The translations under genes were made by a program, and so were the position numbers. The notes under the pieces were generated by a model that was given only the letters and a program-made list of their open reading frames with translations, ran no database searches and had not been told where the DNA came from. Below, one piece after another: positions 18,290 through 24,752 of a stretch of 33,109 nucleotides of DNA (position 1 is its first letter; each line of letters starts with the position of its first letter). This DNA is from Alphaproteobacteria bacterium (GTDB lineage: Bacteria > Pseudomonadota > Alphaproteobacteria > CAAHEQ01 > UBA3637). The DNA lies in NCBI GenBank assembly GCA_045617605.1, contig JAZLIX010000017.1:1-33109 (forward strand). Direction: 5' to 3'.

Positions 18290-18646
18290 TTATAGACAAT
18301 AAACAATTCCTTTTTTGCGTAAAAGGGATTCTAAAAATGAAAGAGCCTCTTTCCAAAGTTGGCAAATTTTTAGACTATCGCCAAAATGTGGATGTGGTGG
18401 AACTTGTTCAAATCCATACTTGGTTAGTACTTTTAAATGAACGGGTTTTAAGGTGCCTTCTCTTAATAGTCTTTTGACAACAATGGCAATATCGGATGAT
18501 TCACAAGGGCGAATCGTTTTGGCTTCATATCCGTGAGTTCTTTCATTTTTTAAACTTTCACATAAACAGTACCAAAACCACGCTTCCTCTGTTGAATCAA
18601 AAGGTGTTGCTTTACGTGTGTCTGATGATAGGTAAATATTCCTCAT
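18290..18646 (-). CDS. Hypothetical small protein, first gene downstream of the SOS-box promoter (candidate regulator)
   Basis: 118 aa. RBS gaggag before ATG at 18646. The EEAWFWYCLCESL...RPCESSDIAIVVKRLLREGTLKPVHLKVLTKYG pattern hints at a helical DNA-binding region. Function inferred from position only. Confidence 0.5.
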   Translation of the reverse strand: MRNIYLSSDTRKATPFDSTEEAWFWYCLCESLKNERTHGYEAKTIRPCESSDIAIVVKRLLREGTLKPVHLKVLTKYGFEQVPPHPHFGDSLKICQLWKEALSFLESLLRKKGIVYCL

Positions 18647-18674
18647 TTAATCTCCTCTGATTTGTTTTAAAAAA

Positions 18675-18689
18675 GAACAAAACAAGAAC
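18675..18689. promoter_or_regulatory. Alphaproteobacterial-type SOS (LexA) box GAAC-N7-GAAC
   Basis: GAACAAAACAAGAAC is the exact reverse complement of the 15-mer in the recA leader (28710-28724). It overlaps the putative -10 of the leftward promoter. Confidence 0.7.
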
Positions 18690-18714
18690 TAACACACTTT
18701 TTTAGGAAAGTCAA
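18686..18714 (-). promoter_or_regulatory. Putative sigma70 promoter of the particle cluster (leftward)
   Basis: Minus strand: TTGACT (18714-18709), 17-nt spacer, TAGTTC (18691-18686). The -10 is weak and embedded in the SOS box. Confidence 0.4.
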
Positions 18715-18738
18715 TACCAAAATAAGAAAAAAATCCTA

Positions 18739-18767
18739 TTGACATTTTTAAAAAAGTATGTTAATCA
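18739..18767 (+). promoter_or_regulatory. Putative promoter of the HTH-S24 repressor gene (rightward, back-to-back with the leftward promoter)
   Basis: TTGACA (18739-18744), 17 nt, TAATCA (18762-18767). Confidence 0.4.
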
Positions 18768-18808
18768 TTTATACAACTAAAAAGGGTTTTAAAAAGAAAG
18801 GAAATGAT

Positions 18809-19444
18809 ATGCAACTTTCATATAATGAAATTTGGTTGGGATTGGAAAATTTGGCAGCAGCAAAAGGACTTTCTCTTTCCGCAATGGCACAAAAAGCGGG
18901 TTTGGATCCAACCAGTTTTAATAAATCAAAACGAATCGGGGCTGATGGTCGTAAACGATGGCCTTCCACCGAAAGTATGAATAAAGTTTTAAAGGCGACC
19001 AATACGACAGTCTTTGAGTTTATGGAATTGGCAGGTGAGCCTTGTCCTCAACCAAAAAATGTGATTCCTTTGTTGGGATTAGCCAAAGCGGGGCGTGAAG
19101 GTTATTTTGATTCGGATGGTTGGCCGATTTTGACGGATGATTGGGATGCTGTGGAATTTCCTTTTACACTGGATAAAAAAGTGTATGCTTTGGAAGTTTC
19201 CGGCAATAGTATGGAGCCTGTTTATCGGGATGGAGATAAGTTGATTGTGGCCCCCGATTTGGAAATTCGTAAGGGGGATCGTGTAATCACAAAAACAACA
19301 GGGGGGGAAGTGATGGTGAAGGAATTTCAGCGTCGTTCTTTGAATCAGGTGGAATTGAAGTCTTTGAATCCTGCTTGTCCAGATGTGGTGTTAGCCCCTT
19401 CTGATGTCGCTTGGATGGTTCGTGTGATTTGGGTCAGCCAATAA
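18809..19444 (+). CDS. HTH (XRE-like) plus S24 peptidase repressor (CI/LexA-like, self-cleaving type)
   Basis: ATG at 18809 with RBS aagga. N-terminal HTH LSLSAMAQKAGLDPTSFNKSKR, then RWPSTES. C-terminal S24 motifs GNSMEP (catalytic Ser) and a downstream Lys (EVMVKEF). Not the canonical winged-helix LexA N-terminus. Confidence 0.85.
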   Translation: MQLSYNEIWLGLENLAAAKGLSLSAMAQKAGLDPTSFNKSKRIGADGRKRWPSTESMNKVLKATNTTVFEFMELAGEPCPQPKNVIPLLGLAKAGREGYFDSDGWPILTDDWDAVEFPFTLDKKVYALEVSGNSMEPVYRDGDKLIVAPDLEIRKGDRVITKTTGGEVMVKEFQRRSLNQVELKSLNPACPDVVLAPSDVAWMVRVIWVSQ

Positions 19445-19500
19445 AAAAGTTGCAATTAGGCAAAATATATGCTAAAAAAAACAAAAAATAAGGAGTTTCA

Positions 19501-20031
19501 ATGAAAAAAATTTTTGCCTTTTTGATGACTTTGTCTTTTACAACGGTTGCTTTTGCGCAAGCTTGTACTGCTGTTTGTCCAATGGCCATAGGTTTGCTAT
19601 TGATAATAGCTAAAAAAATGAATGTTGAAGTTGAAGTTGTAGGGGTTTTGTCTGGAGCATTATTGAGTATAGTTGGTTATATTTTAATTAAGATTTTTAA
19701 TAAAAAAAATTGGCATTTTTTATTTCGTGATAAAATTTTAATGCTTTTTGCAATTTCATTGGTAGGTTTTGTATTTTTTAAAGATTTGGAATATAAGCCT
19801 CGTTTGGTTTGGAATTTTATATATATAGATTCATTCTTATTGGCTGCTATATGTGGGGCTTTGGCACATATAGCGGGGGTTCATTTATATGCTTGGATGA
19901 AAGAAAAGAATGGGGGGCATGCCCATTTCCCATTTGAAAAAGTGGTTGTTCCTATTTTGTGTGATGCCTTGGTGTGTTATATCTTTTGGGGAACCAATTT
20001 GTGTGAATGTAAAGAAGTTCTCATAAAATAA
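19501..20031 (+). CDS. Cys-rich polytopic membrane protein, unknown function
   Basis: 176 aa. RBS aaggag. Several hydrophobic helices. N-terminal CTAVC (CxxxC) and C-terminal CDALVC...CEC clusters. Confidence 0.6.
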   Translation: MKKIFAFLMTLSFTTVAFAQACTAVCPMAIGLLLIIAKKMNVEVEVVGVLSGALLSIVGYILIKIFNKKNWHFLFRDKILMLFAISLVGFVFFKDLEYKPRLVWNFIYIDSFLLAAICGALAHIAGVHLYAWMKEKNGGHAHFPFEKVVVPILCDALVCYIFWGTNLCECKEVLIK

Positions 20032-20043
20032 AAGGAGTTGAAA

Positions 20044-20622
20044 ATGATGCAAAAAAAAGCTGAATCAGTAAAAGAATTTGTGGAACGTATTGATGCCACC
20101 AAAAAGAAGAATCCGAAAGATTTATCATCTGATCAAGATTTAACGATTGCGATTATGAACCTGATTTCCATTGAAGAACACCTGATTTTTTCTGGTGCTA
20201 AGACAGGTAAAACAGGATTTTATGATATGGTTCAGGAAGTGCGGGAATTACGTAAAAATTTAATGTTGAAAATTATTCCCAGCTATGAAGGTGAGGTGTG
20301 GTGTATTTCAAAACATTTGTTGGCCGCTGCAATGCGCTTGATGGAAGTGGGAACAAAACAACAATCAATGGACCACAAAGAAGAGGCTTATCAGCTTTTC
20401 ACTCAAGCCTATGATTTATATTGCTTGTTCTGGGGTCTGAATATGAATTTGGTAAATATTGATGGGGCAAAATGGCAGTCTGAGTCTTTGGAAAAAGTTC
20501 AAGAAGAGGTGGCGCAGATTAAAGCAGCAGTGACACCTGTTCAAGAAGAAGTTGCCGATAAATCTATGTTTGGTAAGTTAAAGTCTGTGATTCGTAAGGC
20601 GGTGGATTGCTGTATTGAATAG
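20044..20622 (+). CDS. Hypothetical soluble protein, conserved-looking
   Basis: AGGAG, 6 nt, then ATG at 20044. The blocks DLTIAIMNLISIEEHLIF and GEVWCISKHLLAAAMRLMEVGTK look like a conserved family I cannot name. C-terminal VDCCIE. Confidence 0.6.
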   Translation: MMQKKAESVKEFVERIDATKKKNPKDLSSDQDLTIAIMNLISIEEHLIFSGAKTGKTGFYDMVQEVRELRKNLMLKIIPSYEGEVWCISKHLLAAAMRLMEVGTKQQSMDHKEEAYQLFTQAYDLYCLFWGLNMNLVNIDGAKWQSESLEKVQEEVAQIKAAVTPVQEEVADKSMFGKLKSVIRKAVDCCIE

Positions 20623-20642
20623 TTTTTGCCAAAGGGGGAGAA

Positions 20643-21602
20643 GTGGCACAAACATCTTTTGCAGTTGTTTTGGATAAAAAAGGGGGCGCAAAAAAAGTTC
20701 CCTTACAGAAGAAGTTGGCCGATGAAAAACGGCCTCTTTGGATTCATCTGGATGATGAGGCTTCTGAAAAATTAGAACATTATAAAAAGCAAAAGGTTTT
20801 ACTTCCTGTCGTGGAGCATCTTTCTAATGTGGATACCGCCCCTAAATGTGTGCGTTATAAAAATGGATTGATGGTGACATTACGTGGGTTAAATGTCAAT
20901 AAAAATGCTGATGATGATATGGTGGCTGTGCACATATGGATGACTAAAAATCGTTTAATTACGGTAGCAGATGAACCAGTGGCCGCTGTATCAGAGGTGT
21001 TGGATTTGTTTCGTCGTAAACATGGTCCCAAAAACATCCCAGCTTGCTTTACATTATTGGCTCGTCATATGATTAAGAAAATTGAAATGTCTTTGGCAGA
21101 TATTGCAGAGCAAACAGATGATTTGGAAGATCGTGTGATTGAAGAAAAGGGCATTCGTCAGGATAAAAAATTGCGTGAAGATTTATCACATTTACGTCAT
21201 TTAATTGTCAGCTTTAGACGTTTTTTGGCTCCCCAGCAAGAAGTAATGCAATCGTTGGAAAAAATGTTGTTGTTTGGGGCGGAAGAAAAAGTTCATTTAC
21301 GTTCTTTGGCTCGTGATTTGTCAATGGCTGTTGAAAAGCTCAATTTCGCCAGAGATCATTCCTCGGTGACACAAGATCAACTGGATGCCAAAACGAATAC
21401 AAATATCAGTCAGATTATGTATTTGATGAGTATGATTATGGTTATTTTTACCCCCTTGTCTTTTGTGACAGGCTTGTTAGGGGCGAATATCGGCGGTATT
21501 CCTTTTAACGAAAATCCCTATGGCTTTGTTTTTATTTGTCTGATTTTACTGATTATTTTGTTAGTTCAGATTACTTTTATCAAGAAAAAACATTGGTTTT
21601 AA
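20643..21602 (+). CDS. zntB: CorA-superfamily zinc transporter ZntB-like
   Basis: GTG start after gggggag. Two C-terminal TM helices flank the GANIGGIP loop (ZntB signature GxNxGGIP). Confidence 0.75.
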   Translation: MAQTSFAVVLDKKGGAKKVPLQKKLADEKRPLWIHLDDEASEKLEHYKKQKVLLPVVEHLSNVDTAPKCVRYKNGLMVTLRGLNVNKNADDDMVAVHIWMTKNRLITVADEPVAAVSEVLDLFRRKHGPKNIPACFTLLARHMIKKIEMSLADIAEQTDDLEDRVIEEKGIRQDKKLREDLSHLRHLIVSFRRFLAPQQEVMQSLEKMLLFGAEEKVHLRSLARDLSMAVEKLNFARDHSSVTQDQLDAKTNTNISQIMYLMSMIMVIFTPLSFVTGLLGANIGGIPFNENPYGFVFICLILLIILLVQITFIKKKHWF

Positions 21603-21747
21603 AATAAAAAAGAGGACAGCCAAAAGAGGGGGAGAAATCCACAGCTTGTAATCGTTTTGAGGAGTATAACGTTAACAAGTCTTCCAACTGTCCGAGTGGT
21701 ATTTTAGCACAGTTTAAAATTTTTGTCAAATATTTTTTAAAAAGACT

Positions 21748-22227
21748 TTATTCTGCCACTTCTGATTTTTGTTGCAGTTCTTCCATAGGCATAGACAAAC
21801 TATCCTGTGATGCTTTTTTATGGCGTATTACAGGGCGTTTTTCCACAACGGGAGCGGGTGTCTCAGAAGAGGTTGTTTCTTCTGAAGGAGTATTTTCTTC
21901 TTGTGCAGACATTTCAGATTCCTCTAAAGCAGATTGCTCTTCTACCCGTATTTTTGCTTGTTCATTTTCAATAGCAATATTTTGTAATCTTAAGTAATGG
22001 TCTGCATATTGTAAACAGGTTTGAGCTAAAACAGCATCTCCTTGTGTTTGTGCATCTTTGGCCCCTGTTTGATATTTTTCAACCAATTGTAATGGGGTGC
22101 CACGTAATTTTCCCAAAGGGCCTGATGAATCTAAGTTGGTAAAACGTGTAATCTGTTGTAAAGCAACGGAACGTATAGAACGGTTCGTATTATTATGCCG
22201 ACGTTGGCGATTAAATGATTTATTCAT
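21748..22227 (-). CDS. DUF4167 domain protein (conserved in Alphaproteobacteria)
   Basis: Arg/Asn-rich N-terminus, then GPLGKLRGTPLQLVEKYQTGAKDAQTQGDAVLAQTCLQYADHYLRL, which matches the DUF4167 core. Confidence 0.75.
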   Translation of the reverse strand: MNKSFNRQRRHNNTNRSIRSVALQQITRFTNLDSSGPLGKLRGTPLQLVEKYQTGAKDAQTQGDAVLAQTCLQYADHYLRLQNIAIENEQAKIRVEEQSALEESEMSAQEENTPSEETTSSETPAPVVEKRPVIRHKKASQDSLSMPMEELQQKSEVAE

Positions 22228-22341
22228 ATGTCCTCGAAAGTAATGTAAAAGGCCTGTCCCTTTTTTCTATCCGACCTAATTTTATGGGAAAAACAAAGTT
22301 AGTTTATCATAATTTTTTTTATTTGTCCAGTAAATTTTTTA

Positions 22342-22370
22342 TTGACATTCATTTGTTGATATATTATAAT
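22342..22370 (+). promoter_or_regulatory. Consensus sigma70 promoter of the rimP-nusA-ylxR-infB operon
   Basis: TTGACA (22342-22347), exactly 17 nt, TATAAT (22365-22370). Confidence 0.75.
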
Positions 22371-22397
22371 ACCGTCATAACTTCTTTCAAAAACTAA

Positions 22398-22429
22398 GGG
22401 GTGGGACTTAAAAAAGCCCCGCCTTTTTT
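22398..22429 (+). terminator. Leader hairpin plus T-tract (attenuator-like intrinsic terminator) upstream of rimP
   Basis: GGTGGG (22400-22405) pairs with CCCGCC (22418-22423; 5 GC plus 1 GU), followed by TTTTTT (22424-22429). Lies between the promoter and the rimP ATG at 22443. Confidence 0.5.
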
Positions 22430-22442
22430 AAAAGGAAAAAAG

Positions 22443-22928
22443 ATGAATTTGATTGAAACAGTAATTAAAACAATAGAACCTGCCTTGACGGATATGGGCT
22501 ATGAATTGGTGCGTGTTACCGTTCAAGGGAGGGAATTACAAACCCTGCAAATTATGGCAGAGCGAACAGATCGCAAAGAAATGGGGCTAAAAGATTGTGA
22601 AAAAATCAGTCGGACAGCTTCGGCCTTACTGGATGTGGCGGATCCTTTTTCTGGGAAATGGGTATTAGAGGTTTCTTCCCCAGGTATTGACCGTCCTTTA
22701 GTTAAATTAGCCGATTATGACCGCTTTGTTGGACAATCAGCTAAAATCGAATTGGCTAATGAAATCGATGGGCGTCGTCGTTTTAAAGGTGTTTTAAAGG
22801 GAATTAAAGACCAAAATGTTTTGTTGGATTTTGAAGGGACAGAATTGGAACTTCCTTTTAATCAAATTCAACACGCAAAACTTACTTTACCAGAAGAAAT
22901 TTTTAACTTAAATGAAAGGAAAAAATAA
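22443..22928 (+). CDS. rimP: Ribosome maturation factor RimP
   Basis: MNLIETVIKTIEPALTDMGYELVRV... and the SSPGIDRPL motif. TAATG stop/start overlap with nusA. The track's GTG at 22401 lies inside the leader hairpin. Confidence 0.9.
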   Translation: MNLIETVIKTIEPALTDMGYELVRVTVQGRELQTLQIMAERTDRKEMGLKDCEKISRTASALLDVADPFSGKWVLEVSSPGIDRPLVKLADYDRFVGQSAKIELANEIDGRRRFKGVLKGIKDQNVLLDFEGTELELPFNQIQHAKLTLPEEIFNLNERKK

Positions 22929-24445
22929 TGCAAACAGCAACACTTCCAAGACCGGAATTAATTCAAATGGCCGATTTATTGGCCCATGAAAAAGGATTAG
23001 AAAAAGCTGCTATTTTGGCTGCTATGGAGGACGGGATTTCTAAGGCGGGGCGCAGTAAATATGGTCCAGAATATGATATCCGGACACATATTGACCCTAA
23101 TGATGGGGCTATTGAAATGACACGTGTTTTAACCATTGTTGAAACAGTGGAAGATGAATTTAAGCAAATTTCTTTGGCTGAAGCTCGCAAATCTGATAAA
23201 TTTGCTAAAGTGGGTGATATTATTTCTGATCCTTTACCTCCTATGGATTTTGGTCGTATTGCTGCCCAAACAGCTAAACAAGTCATTATGCAAAAGGTTC
23301 GTGAGGCAGAACGCAATCAACAATATGAAGAAATGATTGATAAGAAAGGTCAGATTGTTCATGGTTCTGTAAAACGTGTAGAAGGCGGTAATTTAATCGT
23401 TGAAGTTGGTCATACCGAGGCTATGCTTCGTCGTGATGAATTGATTCCCAGAGAAATCTATCATGTGGGTGATCGCATTCGTGCTTTGGTGTTGGATGTA
23501 CGCCGTGAAATCAAAGGGCCTCAAATTTTCTTGACCCGTTCTCATCCAGACTTTTTGGCGGCTTTATTTAAAGCAGAAGTGCCTGAAGTCTATGATGGCG
23601 ATATTGAAATTAAGGCTGTGGCTCGTGATCCAGGATCCCGTTCTAAAATCGCTGTTTATTCTGCGGATAATACAGTGGATGCACGGGGTGCTTGTATTGG
23701 TATGCGCGGGGTGCGTGTTCAGGCTGTTACGGCTGAATTGCAAGGCGAAAAGATTGATGTGGTGTCTTGGTCAGCTGATCCTGCCACTTTCATCATCAAC
23801 GCTTTGTCTCCAAATGAAGTTTTAAAGATTGTCATTGATGAAGAATCTAAAAATGTGGAAGTCGTGATGAATGAAGAACAATTGTCGTTGGCTATCGGAC
23901 GTCGTGGACAAAATATTCGTTTAGTCAGTCAATTGACAGGATGGCACATTGATATGATGACAGAAGCACAAGAAGCTGAACATCGTCAGGCTGAAACTCA
24001 AGAACGTGTAAACTTGTTTATGGGGGCTTTGGATATCGATGATATGATGGCTCATTTATTGATTCAAGAAGGCTTCTCCTCTGTGGAAGATATCGCTTAT
24101 GTGGCTTTGGATGAATTGTCAGGGATTCAAGGGTTTGATGAAGCTTTGGCAACAGAACTTCAAACACGTGCTAAGGCCTATTTGGTTGCGAAAGAAAATG
24201 AAATTAATGCCAAATTAAAAGAATTAAAATTGGCAAAAGACCTCACTTCTTTTGAAGGTTTGAGCGGTGAAATGTTGGTGAAGTTAGGTGAAAAAGGAGT
24301 TAAAACTTTGGATGACTTTGCTGATTTAGCCAGTGATGAATTGTTGGAAATTGTTGGTACAGTTTTGACCGAAAAACAAGCAAATGAGCTGATTATGAAA
24401 GCTCGGGAGCATTGGTTTGTTCAGGAATCATTGGCGGAAAAATAA
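22928..24445 (+). CDS. nusA: Transcription termination/antitermination factor NusA
   Basis: S1-like GDRIRALVLDV, KH GxxG motifs (IGMRGVRVQ, IGRRGQNIRL), and C-terminal acidic HhH repeats. Confidence 0.95.
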   Translation: MQTATLPRPELIQMADLLAHEKGLEKAAILAAMEDGISKAGRSKYGPEYDIRTHIDPNDGAIEMTRVLTIVETVEDEFKQISLAEARKSDKFAKVGDIISDPLPPMDFGRIAAQTAKQVIMQKVREAERNQQYEEMIDKKGQIVHGSVKRVEGGNLIVEVGHTEAMLRRDELIPREIYHVGDRIRALVLDVRREIKGPQIFLTRSHPDFLAALFKAEVPEVYDGDIEIKAVARDPGSRSKIAVYSADNTVDARGACIGMRGVRVQAVTAELQGEKIDVVSWSADPATFIINALSPNEVLKIVIDEESKNVEVVMNEEQLSLAIGRRGQNIRLVSQLTGWHIDMMTEAQEAEHRQAETQERVNLFMGALDIDDMMAHLLIQEGFSSVEDIAYVALDELSGIQGFDEALATELQTRAKAYLVAKENEINAKLKELKLAKDLTSFEGLSGEMLVKLGEKGVKTLDDFADLASDELLEIVGTVLTEKQANELIMKAREHWFVQESLAEK

Positions 24446-24752
24446 TCTTAATGGGTTAAAAGAACCCGGTATTCGTACCTGTTTTGTGTGTAAAACACAA
24501 GACAGGCGCGAAAATTTATTACGCTTCACAGGACGTCCTGGTATGCCTTTATGCTATGATGTAAAAGAAACAAATCCAGGTCGTGGTATGTGGGTGCATC
24601 AGGATTGCTTGCAGGAAGCTTTTCAAAAACGTTTGTTCTATAAAGCTGCGAAAGGAACAGTGCGTATTTCAGAAGAATTAGCTGAAACTATGAAAACGTT
24701 ATTTAAAATTATTGTCGAGGCCGACAAAAAACAAGAAAGGAGACCTTTATGA
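24417..24752 (+). CDS. ylxR: YlxR/DUF448 family RNA-binding protein
   Basis: The pattern RTCFVCK...LLRF...GRGMWVH...C is present. No in-frame ATG, so the TTG at 24417 after GGGAG is inferred as the start. ATGA overlap with infB. Confidence 0.7.
   Translation: MFRNHWRKNNLNGLKEPGIRTCFVCKTQDRRENLLRFTGRPGMPLCYDVKETNPGRGMWVHQDCLQEAFQKRLFYKAAKGTVRISEELAETMKTLFKIIVEADKKQERRPL

Noticed and set aside
8816-19500. Attachment-site direct repeats, integrase or tRNA target flanking the particle cluster
   Set aside because: None was seen by eye at either boundary, and no tRNA gene is in the window. An exhaustive repeat search was not possible, so this is absence of evidence only.
21603-21747. 145-nt convergent gap between zntB and the DUF4167 gene, examined for terminators or a small RNA
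   Set aside because: It contains only short direct repeats (ACAGC) and a long-range 6-bp complement. No convincing hairpin/T-tract or RNA motif was found.
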